NCBI RefSeq assembly: GCF_006345805.1
Contig: NC_043007.1
Span: 77,066,001-77,130,000, forward strand
Direction: 5' to 3'
Length of the DNA: 64,000 bases
Origin: Octopus sinensis
Lineage: Eukaryota
The translations under genes were made by a program, and so were the position numbers. Shown here piece by piece: positions 11,023 to 25,470 of this stretch. A model generated the notes under the pieces. It was not told the DNA's origin. It saw only the letters and a program-made list of their open reading frames with translations, and searched no databases. The stretch's first letter is position 1. Each line of letters begins with the position of its first letter.

Positions 11023-13523
11023 GTACCTCTACCCTATAGGTTTGCTCAAACAGGAGTGTTATGGATATACAACAATAACAATAACCATGGTTATATCCTT
11101 TGTTCTCCTCTCATCAGAAATATCACTGGTTTTCTTACACAGTTACTTTATTCCTACTTTTTATTTTAAAGCATTCATTGCACTGATGATTTAAAAATAA
11201 TAAAAGATCACAACCCTGTGTTGTAGTAGCAGCAGCAGTAGTAGTAGTAAATCTACTTAATTATGCTGTTTCATTTTTTTTTTAATTGTTATATTTTTTT
11301 TTTAACTGGAAATTTTTTTTTCAAAGTTACAACAACAAATCTTAAAAATGTTTGATCCTTTAATCATGAAACGAGGAAGGACACATCAAGTTTCTTTCGT
11401 TCTTTCTTTACCAAAAAACACAGAACAAAAATACAAACAGGCAAATCAAAGCAACCAACTAACCAACAAAGAAAGAAATGTTGTGATATGTTGTTGTTGC
11501 AGGTCCAGGGTCTAAAACGTGAAGTGACAGGATGCATATTACATAAAAAAAAAAAAGACGAAACTAAATTACTTTTTTTTTGCTTTTTGTGTGTGTACGT
11601 GTGTATGTGTCATTTTAGTCTTTTAAATTGTTCTTCGTACTTCCGTTGGTAGGGTTTTGAGAAATTCCGCCATACCAAGACTTGATTGAACATCAGGTGT
11701 GAAATTTCTTTTTAATTAAAAACAGAGAGAGAGAGAGAGAGAGACTAACAATACAATAAATGAGAAAGAAAACAAAAAGGGCCAGGTCGGGGTGGGGTGG
11801 GGGTGATGGTGGTGCAGTATAAAGAGAATGTGTATCAAGAACCAACATTATTGGCCCTCCTTTCTCTCTTCCACAAAAAGGGGAGAGAAAAAAAAATGAA
11901 AACAATGAGAAAAAAATATATATACTCCAAGCCACCTGAGGATCTGTTAAGCCTGTTTAAATAAGAACAAGATGAAAGTAAAATAAAAAGTGAGCCAGGC
12001 TTGCAGAGGGCTGGGAGCTGGGGAGTAGGGAGAAACTGTTGGAAGAAGGAGTGAAAGCTAACTTGACCTGTCTGAATTTCTTGCAGATGCCCAGTACAAC
12101 TTTGAAGAGAATTTGATGAGGTGTGTGCCTGTGTGTGTGAGAGAGAGGGGGGTTGTGTGTGTGTATGTGTGTGACACAAACAAAGCAGAAGGTAATAGGG
12201 ACCGCCCTCTCTCTCTCTCTCCTTCTCACCCCTTGTAGTAGTAATAACTACTATTCATTCTATCAGCACCTACCACTCATGTGGCTCCTTTTCTCTCTCC
12301 CATGCCCTGTTCCTCCTCCTCCTCCTCACTCAACAAAGACAATCAGATATACACAGTTAGCCAGCCAAAAAAGAAAAAAAAAAAAAAAAGAAAAGAAAAA
12401 AACAAAAAGGAAAAAAAAACAACAACCCATTTCACACTTTTCAAATGATAACATGCCTACTCCCAAACACAACTACCTGCAAGTGGAAAAAAAAGAAGTC
12501 CACAACCCTGGCCAGGTAAGAAATTAATGAAGTGAATCTAACAGGTTTTAGGATTAACTGTTTTATTGAGGTATTTAGGCCAAAAGGAGAGAGATACATA
12601 GAGAGAGAGAGAGGAAAATTAAAATATATCACAAATGAAAATGAAAGATTTGAAAAAGATGAAGGTACAAGGCTCATTATTATAAGGTCAAAAGGTAAAT
12701 GATATTTAAAATGAATAAGAAATAAGCCAATGTGAAAAATATTTAAAACTATACATATATTACAGACACAAGCATTGGTGTGTAGTAAGAAGTTTTCTTC
12801 TCAACCGCATGGTTCCAGGCCCTGTCCCATTGTGTGACACTTTGAGCAAGTGTCTTCTCCTATAGCCTTGAGCTGACCAAAGCCTTATGAGTGGATTTGG
12901 AAGAGGACGGAAACTGAAAAGAAGCCCATCATATATGTATGTGTGTACGTGTGTGTGTGTGCAAGCATAACTGTGTAGTTAAGAAGCTAACTCCGAGATC
13001 ACATGGTCTCATGTTCCACTCCACTGCATGCTATTATGACCCTACGCTGACCAATGCTTTATAAGAAAATTTGATAGACAGGATCTGTGGAAAGCCCACT
13101 GTGTGTGCGTGCGTATGTGTATGTATGTACATATATGTCTGTGTTTGTAACCCCACTACCACTACTTGACCACCTCTGTTGGTTTGTTTATGCCCCAGTA
13201 ACATAGAGGTTGAGGAAAAAAGACCAATAGAGTAAGTATCAGACATTAAAAATAAATAATGGGGTTGATTTGTTTGACTAAATCCTTCATGGTGATGCCC
13301 CAGCATGGCCCCTGCCCAATGACTGAAATAAGTAAAAGGTAAAAGAAATAACTAGTGTATTGGTTTTGGTACAACTAAGTGATTCATGAAAATTCTAGTT
13401 ATTATTTTAAAGTGACGTTTAAAATCCCAGGATTCAGGACTTAAAACATATTATCCTTTCCATTTTAAAGCATAGTAAATTTATTGAGCAGGCCAAGCGA
13501 CTAACACACAGAAACTTCCTCAC

Positions 13524-13567
13524 TGGCTCATCAGAAAGATAAGTTGTAGAGTCAACTGATCTGTCAG
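13524..13567 (-). CDS. weak candidate internal exon (44 nt)
   Basis: CTTCTCTCAG|CT GAC AGA...GAG CCA|GTGAGG, reading xDRSVDSTTYLSDEP. Supported by splice signals only. Confidence 0.2.
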
Positions 13568-14833
13568 CTGAGAGAAGATCAACATGTAAAACAAACAATA
13601 AACACATACACACATGCATTTGCTAATAGCTGACATATCTAAGTAGCAAAATATGACTGGATAGATCTTAAATGAAGAGAGAGGGATCAGATTAAAAACT
13701 TACTGGTATGTCACTTAGAAAAACAACAATGATTTTCTGTCTTAGATACAAGAACATAATGTCAAATTTTTATTTTATTCATAAACATTTTCTGTAATGG
13801 GTTGGCAATTAGAGCAGATAAAAGCAAGAATTAACATTGGGGCAACATTAAAAACTTAAACCATTAAGCTGGGATAAAGTTTATAACCCTTCTGAGTCAT
13901 TTAAGAGCTCTAGTTCAGCAAAAGAGAAACCACCACCCTCACCCTCAAAACCCATTCTACTAAGCACTAAAGTACTGATATATCAAAGTAAGTTCCATGA
14001 TTTTGTATTAAAAGATAACCATATAGCTTCTTGGATGGGGAACTGAAGGATTTACTAACATAAATGGGAGAGGATGTGAAGGAAACAGACAAGTTGGTAA
14101 TAATTTCAACATCAATAAATATGGCAAGACTTATAAAAGAGTGAGTAGAAGATTAAGTTCTTGACACACTGAGTTCACAGTTTTAATTCAGTCATAGCTT
14201 CATTTCATTTTCATTCCTGTTGCCTATGGAAATATAGCACAGACGTCACATAAACTCTCTCAAATCGACTGCAAATCTTAGGATTTATATTTAGCAGAAA
14301 ACAATGAGAAGAACCTCTTGTACTGTAGCTTTCTCCAAGACAGTTGTACACAAGCTGTGTCTACAAAGGGATATCATATTTAATAGAATAACAAGTAGAA
14401 AACAACAGGAAAGTACACATGGTGCCTTTGCAATTGGTCTATAAAAAGTTAGTGAGTTATAAAAAAAATTCCCTTCCAACAGGCTGCTTCCCCATGGGCC
14501 ACAAAACCAACAAAACTTGTACCTTTCCAGAAAAATATCAACTTCATCATCAAGGACACATGGTTTTTTTCCCATCCAAGAACAACATTCACTATTTGTG
14601 CACAGGCTGACAAACACACACCAAATGACAAAGAAGGAAGGGGGGTAGGAAGTTACTTTCATATGTAAAGTTTTTAAAAATGGCTCAGTGCCTTAATACG
14701 CAAACACATGTACACACACATACGCAAAGAGAACAAAAGCACTTAAGTATTTTCCGTAAGCAATTTCATTCAAGAATTAGGGTGAGGTGAGGCATGTTGG
14801 GACACCACTCTAGAATGTAGTTGACTATCAATA

Positions 14834-15175
14834 ACTTGACTTGACAGCATTCACCGGGGGGGTGAGTTGAGCTGGCTTCATTCATCCTCAATGCTGAATC
14901 TCTCACAAACGCTGACCAGGCCTGGTGATTTGAGGCTAACGACCGTGTGATCTCCAACCACTCCTTATTCCAATGGCTAACGCCGTAGATATGGGGGCCT
15001 AGGTTGGGTTCCAGATCAGCCTTGACTGTCATCAGCCAGGTTTTTCGTTGTCCACCACATCGCTTTCACCAACCCTGAAGGGGAGCTGGGGCAATTGCTT
15101 CGTAGATGAATTCTCCTGGTTGACGACGGAGGGCATGACCCAGCCAATGCAGACGTCTCATTAGGATGACTTCAA
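14834..15175 (-). mobile_element. 5'-truncated RTE-clade LINE 3' end
   Basis: Translates RRLHWLGHALRRQPGEFIYEAIAPAPLQGW*KRCGGQRKTWLMTVKADLEPNLGPHIYG...W, a typical RTE ORF C-terminus. Ends in GTCAAGTCAAGT repeats. Possible degenerate TSD TGACTAT(AT)CAAT on both flanks. Confidence 0.85.
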
Positions 15176-16524
15176 ATATTCCTCATGACTATATCAATCC
15201 CCATACTTGGAGGCTAGTATTTAGTTTACCGCCCCCAGAAGAACGAAAAGTGAACTAAGCTTGGGCAAGATTTGAACTCAAATCATGAAGGGACACAATC
15301 AAACAGGACAAGGTAATTTGATATTCTACAGATTCATTGATCAAACACCACCCATGAAAAGCTAGTACCATTTCCTATTCTAATAACTTTCACCACAAAC
15401 ATCATAGCATTTAGCCATTAGCTTTTACTAAAACCAGGTAGCTTTTAGCTGAGTCTGTACTGGTTTGGTATAGTCTGCGAGGAAAGTTTATCATTTTAGC
15501 TACTGTCAGGTTATGCTGACAAAATAAGTTAAGGAATAAAATCAATGTTGTATAGCAGAAGTAAGAGTTATATCTAGCCTATACTGTCACGATAATCTTG
15601 ATAGTCAATAGTTTTAAGCTACAATAGACTAATCGGCACAACAGATTCACTGGATATACAGAGATAAAACAATTTAATTAATACACACTCAATCTGTAGG
15701 TTTCCTAAAGGCTATCACTTGTCTAGTGTTTTATACATGTATGTATGTATGGTTGTGTGTTTATCCTTATACATACACAGATGGAGCAAAAGCTACCCCA
15801 CCACTACCACCACCGCCCAATCTCCTGTTTGTTTATTTTAGTGGTTTGCTTCAACAAGCCTGAGTTTCTTTTTGCAATTGAAATACTATAAAATATCAGA
15901 CATATCAAAATACTCTGCTACAAACTAGGAAAAAAAGCCATTCCGCTTTTCTTTTTTTTTTTCTCTCTCTCTCTCATGAAATTAATTAGGCTCAATTTAT
16001 TCTGATTCCATCACCAATGTTACAGATATCACACAAGGGTTTTACATATCAAACGCAAAAACAATTCTTCACATATTTTAAATTTTGGAATCGAGGAACA
16101 CACACACATACACAAAGCAGATTGCAATTTTTTTTTTAACTCGTACACAAACTCCAACATATTGCATTTGCAACATTTCCAAGTATTTTGTACTTCCTTG
16201 ATATCCAGTAACAAAACAGTGAAACTGTTTTTACTTCAAATTATTCTGATTAAATTCTTTCCTCCAGACAGACAGACACAAGGCCTAAACTTTGAGGGGA
16301 GGGGGCTAGTTGATTACATTGACTCTAGTGTTTGGCTGGTGCTTATTTTATCAACCCCAAATGGATGAAAAGCAAAGTTGACTAATTAAAAAATTAAAAT
16401 AATGAAATTACTTTAGTTATAGGAGATTATCCTTGGAAATGAAATATAAATTGAAGAAAAATGTACAACGCAAAATGGGACTCGGAGGCAAATTCAATCC
16501 ATTGCTCTCTCTCTAACATCTCAC

Positions 16525-16630
16525 TTAGCCCTTGGTATGTTAAACAGAGTTCTGCACCAGGCTTCTGATCTGAGGATCCCCCTTTCCCAGTTTTGGAGGT
16601 ATCCTGCAACAAGTCATGGACATTGTACTT
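16525..16630 (-). CDS. candidate internal exon (106 nt) of an unidentified gene
   Basis: Long pyrimidine tract TTTTTCTCTTTCCTTGTTTCTCTCTGAAAG|, open frame KYNVHDLLQDTSKTGKGGSSDQKPGAELCLTYQGL, donor A|GTGAGA. Confidence 0.35.
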
Positions 16631-16839
16631 CTTTCAGAGAGAAACAAGGAAAGAGAAAAACTGATAAAGGTACTCAAGCACTAGGTAGTGGTTTTAAAGA
16701 GTAAACATCTCTCTGATTAACATCAATTTGTTAAGAGGCATCATAGCCAGTGAGAGCATAGTAAAAGGGACAAGTGTTTCATTGGTCAGCATTTCTTAGG
16801 GGTATATGAGCAATAAGCACCAAAAGTCTAGTCCTTGTT

Positions 16840-17195
16840 ACAGTACAGTGGCTTGTGTATCTCAGTGACTCTCAGAAATATGCCAGCAGAATGCAAGTGC
16901 CTAGCAAGGCTTCCTGCTCTGGACAGGTCAAAGGAAAGAGGCCAAACGAAAATGGACCACTTTCTCATAGGGGTAAAAAAAAAGAATGGTGTAGGGCCAA
17001 CATCCCTATCTAGAAAAAGAAGCAAATTTACTAAAGCACTGATGACAATTCAAAACCAACAAGACCTAGGGGAAGGCTTTCCTTCAGGGAAACACATGAC
17101 ACTGCAGCCAAATCCTAAAGGAAAGAGTAGAGATCAAAAGTGGAAAGAAGTAGATAAGAGGGGCCAGAGTTGAAATCAGTGGAGAAAAGTTAGGA
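16840..17195 (+). mobile_element. second copy of the short RTE-like element
   Basis: Colinear with 9570-9990; ends in a LINE-like stretch reading WKEVDKRGQS. Confidence 0.5.
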
Positions 17196-17623
17196 TTTAT
17201 GTAAGTAAGAGTAAGCAATAAGAAAGCCCTTTAGATATATTCAAAAGATCCTGAAGTAGGATGAACAGATCTATGATCAATGCCCTCACATCATAATAGT
17301 GGCAGATCAGGCTAAGTGTCATTATTGTCACACTGGTAGCATTCGTTACATAATTTCTTTTAGTTAGTTTCACACACTTCTCCATTCCCAGTATTCAAAG
17401 ACAACACGAAGGAAACAAAATGAGCCAGGCATGGTTATTGGGTACACCAAGCATTAGAGAAGTTCTGTTTCCAAGTCTGGAAGCTTTTAATAAACAATGA
17501 AAGATAGATTTTTCTCATTTTCTAATCACCCTCTTCAATGTCAAAGTATAAGGAAAGAATAGTTCTTTGCCAAATAATTGTAAAATATAAGCATTATAAG
17601 CATTATCATACAAGAATTTTCAC

Positions 17624-17690
17624 CTTTCAAATGTCGTTCTCGGTAATTCTTTAAATATGTTGAATAGTTTCTTTGCACTAAGATTACATT
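17624..17690 (-). CDS. candidate internal exon (67 nt)
   Basis: CCCTCTTCTTCAG| ... AAG|GTGAAA. Two open frames (CNLSAKKLFNIFKELPRTTFE or NVILVQRNYSTYLKNYRERHLK); frame unresolved. Confidence 0.3.
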
Positions 17691-18546
17691 CTGAAGAAGA
17701 GGGTGGGGAGGAGAGGCAAGAGGATGCACATGCTAAAACACGTACATACATACACGCACACATACGTGCACACATCTACTACAATTAGATGCTGAAAACA
17801 CAAAACATGAGAAGGATTTTGTTTGGGAGGTGTGTTAAACAGATTGTAGAGATAATATATTAATGTTGTGTTGGGGTTTAATTAGAGTAGAATCGGGTTA
17901 ACTGACAAGATGACAGAGACAAGAAATAGAAGAGATAGCAGTGCAGGCAGACAGGCAATGTGGTTAAGGGGCCCAGAGGGAAAGGGACGATGTTTCTCAT
18001 TTTGCAATTAACTGCTGAAACTTCTCATGTATTTAGGAGGTGAAGGGGTGGGTAGAAACGGGGGAAAAGTGAAAGGGAGATGATGAAAGTGACAGGAGAG
18101 AATCAAGAAAAGAAAAGATGAAAAAATTTATTTTAAAAATGGTAAAAAAAAAAAAAAAATCAAAAGGATCTAAGGGGAAAAAAAACAACAAAAATCTCCC
18201 ACACAAAATGAAAATAGCCTAATGAATTCTTGAGCTGTCAGTCTTTCTATTTCCCGTTTCGCATCTCAAATAAACCATTCACTACTATTTCAATAACCAG
18301 TGCGATTCCTCTTCAATGAAATACAACAACAGCTTCAGTCTCTCGCTTTCTCTCTCTCACCTGATTACAGATTCCAGCAGACAAACACACAGGCATACAC
18401 ACACATGCACAGATGACTCAGTTGCAATCACACTGTGCAACAACTGACAAGAGATGCATAATTACATGCATGAGATTACTTTTCCATTACATTAAAATAG
18501 GTAATATGTCATCATCATCATAATTATTTATTAAAAAACAAATAAC

Positions 18547-18580
<34 letters not shown>

Positions 18581-19009
18581 CCTTTTAGTTATGTGTAATA
18601 TATATTTTCTCATTGCCTCTACAACTGCTTAACATGTAAATATTGAGGTTTTCTGAAAGCAAAAACAAACAGCTGTTTGTTTATAAAGATAGTTTTACTA
18701 ATGATGTAAATTACAAAGAAAAAAAACAAACAAAACAAAAATGGCTATGATGAACTTATATGGCAATATATACACTCTGCCATTTCAACTCTCAGTGACA
18801 CGCACAAAATAAAACCGTCTCAGCAAAGTGTCAAGCAACACCACAAACAATCTCAATAATTAAATATGCTCTTAAGAAATGATATAATACTTACAATTTC
18901 TTTAATTTAACAAATCCTTTGAAATCGTTGGGTTGAATATCCATAATTATATTACTCTGTAAATCCCTGAAAATAATAATAAAAAAACATATTGAAAGAA
19001 AATCTATAT

Positions 19010-19053
<44 letters not shown>

Positions 19054-22000
19054 AACAAAATGTATTTTTCTTAAAATGTAAGTTGTTATATATAAGATTG
19101 TTTACAATTATATATATCAATATATACGTAATATAGAAATTCAATAATACATGTAAGGGGATAAGCAAAACAATAATGATAGATTAATTATCTACTTTTT
19201 CCTGGGGCCCTTGAACTCATAAGGCTGGTTACCTGGTTTCCACAGCATATGACTGAGATCACAACATTGCCTTGAATGGGGTGCTGGATTGTTGTAGGGT
19301 TCAAGGCAAGCTATGTTTGAAAGGATGGGAAAAGTCAATTACTCTGACCTCAATACTTGGCCCATACTATAGCTGGCCTCAATGTGATTTGAACTCAGAA
19401 CATAAAGAGCCAGAAGAAATGCCACTAGGCATTTTGTCTGACATGCTAACAATTCTGCCAGCTTGCTGCCTTAAATAATAATGGTTTCCAATTTGGGCAC
19501 AAGGCCAGCAATTTCAGAGTAGAGGAATAAGTCAATTCAAAGTTCATGATAAGTTGATTACATTAATCCCAGCACTCAACTGGTACTTATTTTATTGGTC
19601 CTGAAAGGATGAAAGGTAAAGTCAACTCTGGCAGAATTTGAACTTCAGAACATTAAGACAAATGAAATACTGCTAAAAATTTTGCCTGGTGTGCTAATGA
19701 TTCTGCCAGCTCACCACCTTTATCACCTTAATAATAATAATTTATGCACAAGGATAGCTGTTTTGAGCAGAGGGATATCTGATCCCACTACTAAACTAGC
19801 ACTTTATTTTACTAACTCTAGTGGGATGAAAAGTAATGTTGGCCTTAATAGGATTTGAAATCTGAGCATAAAGAGCAAGGCATTTTACATAATATTCTAA
19901 GGATTCTGCCAATAGGTTGTGCTAAACAAATAATGATGATGATGATAAAGGTTTCAAATTTTGGCACAAAGCCAGCAATTTTAGTGGGAGGGGATAAATT
20001 AATAATATTGATCCCACTATTCAACTTGTACACTTTATCAAAATTGTTAGCCTAGAACTTTACAATAGCTTGGTATCCCATTCAGGGTGAATATCATGAT
20101 CTTGGGCTCATATGCCATGGAAACTGGACAACTGGCCTTCTTAGTCCTAGGGCTCAAAGAAAGTAAATAGAGAGAGAAATAATAAGGATTCTGATTACAA
20201 AATTAATTAAACAAGACACATCTGAGGGAAAGATGCTCAAAGAGAAAAAGAAAATAAAGAAAAAGATCAACTCCAAGGAAGAGTAATGCAATGAAGAAAA
20301 AAAAGTGATAGATGAACAAGTTAATTTGTTCAAATCACTGGGCTGGAACAAAATTGTTGAGAAAAACAACACAGGCTTTAGAACTCTGTAATTAACAGTC
20401 AGGTTTCTTTGTTTAAGGCAAGTTCCCTGTAATCTAGAAGGGCAGAATATTGGTAGTTTTACTTCAGATAATCACAGGTGTTACAGGATAGACTTACACT
20501 CAGACTGAACTGGAAGTAGTTGAAATTACATATTTCAGTTTAAGTGACAGCCTTGCTTAAGCTTACAATATGTTGGTTATTGGTGTGAAAAACAAGCTTT
20601 AAAAGCCAAAGATTGTAACAGGAGATGGGCTCCAATCCTGCTATGGTTAACTACACATTCTTCTAAGTAAATAAATATCTGCCTTCAGTTCATATCAAAC
20701 ACTAATCACAACTATTTGGTTGATCAATGCTCATATCATAGCAGTTTACTTTAGTAAATCAGACCATCTAGCTTGTGTGTCAATGTTTACTTCACTATTA
20801 AATTTTTATGCAACAAATGTCCCTGGACATTCACCCTGCTTGTTTATTGTTCATCAGCTACAGGTTGGTATAGATTGATCAGGCCTATGATCCATGGCAT
20901 TCCAGACATGACCATCCTATCATTTTTTTAAAGTTTATAAGATGACACTGTCCATGTGATTTCCTATTTTTTTAAAAAACTGAATAGAGGATGATTTAAG
21001 GGGATTTGACAGCTATTTCTAAAAAGTCTAACAATCACATAGAGACTTCCTCTTTTTTTTTCCCACCACTCATTCTATCAAGAGCAGTTATTTGTGAATA
21101 CATGACCACAGCTGACTAGAGTTACTTCAACAATCATAGACTTTCAGTAGTCATAATTGGAAGATTAATATATAAAGCCCTATGCTAAATGATTTGCAGA
21201 ATTTAGTTGTGGCCGAGGTCAAATTCCACCAATACCATTGATAGGAAGTGTTGTCTTTGGCCATATTTGTAAAGATCTTATAATACTCTTAGACCATTGG
21301 AATGTACTATACAGAGCAGAAGCACACGAGGATGTTAAATGTCGCTGAAGATGTCACAGATGTCTTATAATACTCTATATTTTTAAAAAATCTTAACCAT
21401 TTACATAATAGCTAATACACACACACACACATAAATGTATGTGTATGTGAGAGAAAGAAAAAGAGAGAGAGGCAGCTTGAACTTGTGCTCATTCAATTCA
21501 ATACAGTTTATTGTCATTGTATTTTTACTTTTTTATGTTGCAGTTATGTCGGAATTTCAATGTAGTCCAAGTTACAATAACAAATACATTTCAACAGAAT
21601 ATATCTACACCCACCTCTCAATCTTATACCGACATTCACACACAGCTGTATTTATATAATTTATATATGCATATGTATATTTTTATACACACACAAATCA
21701 TGGGACCCAAATCATCAAATTATAGGATATTTATGTGATTATTAGAATCCAGTGTACCCAGTGTAAACAACTGGTACACAAAAAGTACAATGAGATCACA
21801 GGTAGGCTCAGAGAAGGACTCTGAATATAGTAGATACTCAGGACCAGTCAGCACCCATAAAATAAATTCTTTTAAATGCTTTAAAAGCATCAGTGCTGGT
21901 ACCATGTATAAAGCACTGATGCCACATGTAAAGCATCCAATATACTTTGTAAAGTGGTTGATGTTAGGAAGGGCATCCAGTCACAGAAATCATGCTAAAA

Positions 22001-25000
22001 CAGACAATTGAAGCCTGGTGAAGCTCTCTGGCTTGCCAATTCCTGCCAAACCATCCAAGCCATACCAGCATGGAAAACATTATGTAATGATGATGGTGAT
22101 TGGAGGGCTCCCTAGGAGCAGATGATAACTTCTGTTACCTAGTGACCTAATTAGCGATGGAGGAGCATCTTCCTATCCTGGTTATGACTGAAGAGCAGAA
22201 TGCACGACATCTGTGCACAAAGTGTGTTGCTGCATGCATGGTAGTGAAACACATACGCAAATGCAGAGGCTGGAGCAAAGGGCGAAAAGAAACAAGGTGA
22301 GTATAGAAGTCTTGAATAGCGGTGGTTTCTAAAAAGAAAAAAAAAACTATTTTTGAGTTGATATCACATAAGAAAGAGTGAAGATATAATTGAATGCATG
22401 AAGTGATGGTGTAAATTTAGATAGATTCCTAATAGATACAATTGTTGAAAACCATCTCTCTTTTAATAAAGCAAAGAAGTAGAAGAGGAAGGAGAAGAAA
22501 ACCGCTACACTTCAATTTGCTGGTCTAAAAGAAATGTGGTTATTCTAAAATCGCAGCAAGTTAAGCTATATGTATGACAAGCATAAAGGAACTCATCTTG
22601 TATGGTATTGATCAGTAAATCTATATCAGGATCTTGCCATGCTAGTACTAGTTATATACACTCAATGGAACAATGAACTGATTACATTCTAGCTGAAGCT
22701 TCTAGTATTCCTTGTAATATTAGCTGACCTAGCTAAGTCTACTACAATCTTGTTGAGATAGTGCTTTCCCTCTCCTCAAGGAAATGATCTTTAAGTTAGT
22801 CATGAGTAGCTTTACTATGTGTGTAATACATACTTATGCAGTCAAATTACAAGTTTTCTAAAAACAATTTTTCTATAAGAAAAGTACAAACAATAAATAA
22901 ACGTCTAGAAATTATCCACTCATACAATAACTGTGGGAAGCAAATGTAAATATATTTAAGAAAATTCTTAAATTGCAGTATTGTAGAAAATGATAGGCTA
23001 TGCATTATGATTATATTCTCCACTCCTTCATTATGAAAACAACCTTGTGCCAAGAGAAAGAAGAAAAACATTACACACACACATATACATACATGTGTGT
23101 ATATATAATCAAAAGTATTAGATAGAGGATTTGGTAAAGACATCAAAACGCTAGCTTGGATCAAGTTGTTTAGCTTAATGCATCGCTATTCTTAATTCCG
23201 AGTTCAAAACTCACGAGTTGACAAGATAAAATCAATACCAGTAATATGCTGCAGCCAATTCAATCAACTGTAGCTTTTCTGCTCAACAAAAAAAACTTTC
23301 ATCCCTGAACCAAAAGAAATCAAAATCATCAAAGCCTCTACAACAATTAATTATTTTCCACAGATCCCATGATTTACAATTGCTGCTTTCTGCAACTAAA
23401 ATTCCAATGTAACCCCCACCCCATTTACCAGGCCATATACAGTATATCTGTGGCAATCCTGCAATCTTAACTAATTCCTTTCAGAAATTTACTTTATCAA
23501 TATCCACAGCCTTTATTGAGTGGTGTTGTAAATATGGTAAGTTTTGTAATACTTCTTGACACAAACAGTAGAATACTAGTTGTAAAAGATCTGCGACCCG
23601 GCACAGTATTTCTACTGTATTTTTTTGTTTGTTTGTTTTTTTTTTGTCAGCTGTTCTTTAATTTTACTGTAATGTCTCTCATTTTAATATATCAAATTAA
23701 GTTTTGCTGAAAATTCCTAAAAAGGATGAAATAGTATTATACATGGCTACAACTAACTAAAAATTGTAAGAATTTTACCAAAGATAAAAAATTTTTTAAA
23801 ACTAATTATATATAAAACCAATATATAAAAAAACAAAGATGAAGATAGGATAGAAAAAGATGAAGTAGAAACAACAAGCAAGTGTATTAGTTTGACACCT
23901 GGGGGGTAAAAATGGAAAAATCTTTTAAGTTTTGAACCTATGCTCTTCAACAGTAAAGTATAAGAGGAAAAAATAGAGAGAGAATGAAAAAATGTGTTGA
24001 GTTCAGTGATCCAACATGGTGAACGAAAGGGAGATAATAATAAAAGGAGGCTGAATAAAGAGGAAGATAATTCATGGAGATCCCAACAAGAGGAGGTGTA
24101 CAAGTATGTGTGTATGTGAGAATGGTATGTGTAATGTGTACATGTGAATGGGGGTGAGTGAGTTTGACATGTGTGTAGCAGTTGAGAGCTTTTTCAAGTG
24201 GAGTGTGCACATGTGTATGCGAATTCCTTGTATCCTTTTCATATACCTTGATTATAAATTAAAATTTTTAATCCCATCTCACGCTGTGAAGAGGTAGTTA
24301 TTAACAGACATCCAGAGGGTACCAAGCATGTATTATTATTTTTTTTAATGAGATTTATATCATCTGAAACACACTCCCCACATATAAAGAGAAGAGAAAA
24401 AACCCAGCTGACTGGATTTATCCTGGTTTTAGAATAGGTACACCATGTCCAGTCATGTCTTATAAATTGTGTATAAAAGGGTTGGAGACAGGAACAGCAT
24501 CCAGCCATAAAAACACTGACTCAGTAACCACATTCAACCCACGCCAGCATAGGAAAAAACAAACATAAAATGATGACGATGAGTTTGTGATTGCCTGATG
24601 ATGATGAACATCATTTAATACCCACATTTCATGCTTGAAAGGGACTGACCGAGTTTATCAAGGCAGATATTCTACAGCCAGATGCCCTTCCTGTTATCAA
24701 ACCCCACTTGTTTTCAAGCAAGGTAACAGATCCTCAGGGCCAGATATGGTTTTTGCAGAAGACTGGAAACAACCTTACTTGTATGATGATGATGATTATG
24801 CTCAGTTACAACCATCATGTGATAATGGGTATACACACTCACATGATAGGCTTCTTTCAGTTTCTGTCTACGAAATCCACTCACACAGCTTCGGTTGGCC
24901 TGAAGCTGTGGTAGAAGTCACTAACCCAAGGCCAAATGGTTAGGAATCGAGCTTCTTAACCACACAGCTAAGCTTACAGACAATGACAAAAAAATTTAAT

Positions 25001-25097
25001 GCAAAGAATTGATAACTCTACAACAAAAAGATTTCACAAAGTTAGTACTGAAGCTTAGGATACAGTAATGATAAACAGTAACGATTAAGGCATACAA

Positions 25098-25470
25098 GTG
25101 GCTATGTGGTAAGTAGCTTGCTTACGAACGACATGGTTCTGGGTTCAGTCCCACAGTGTGGCACCTTGGGGAAGTGTCTTCTATAGCCTCGGGTCGACCA
25201 AAGCCTTGTGAGTGGATATGGTAGACAGAAACTGAAAGAAGCCCATCGTATATATGTATATATACATTTATGAATGTGTGTGTGTCTGTGTTTGTACTCC
25301 CAACATCGCTGGTGTGTTTATGTCCCCGTAACTTAGCAGTTCAGCAAAAGAGACCAATAGAACAAGTACTAGGCTTACAAAGAATAAGTCTTGGGGTCGA
25401 TTTGCTCAACTAAAGGCAGTGTTCCAGCATAGGCACAGTCACATGACTGAAACAAGTAAAAGAGTAAAGA
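25098..25470 (+). mobile_element. SINE family A
   Basis: Colinear with 10634-11022. Confidence 0.85.
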
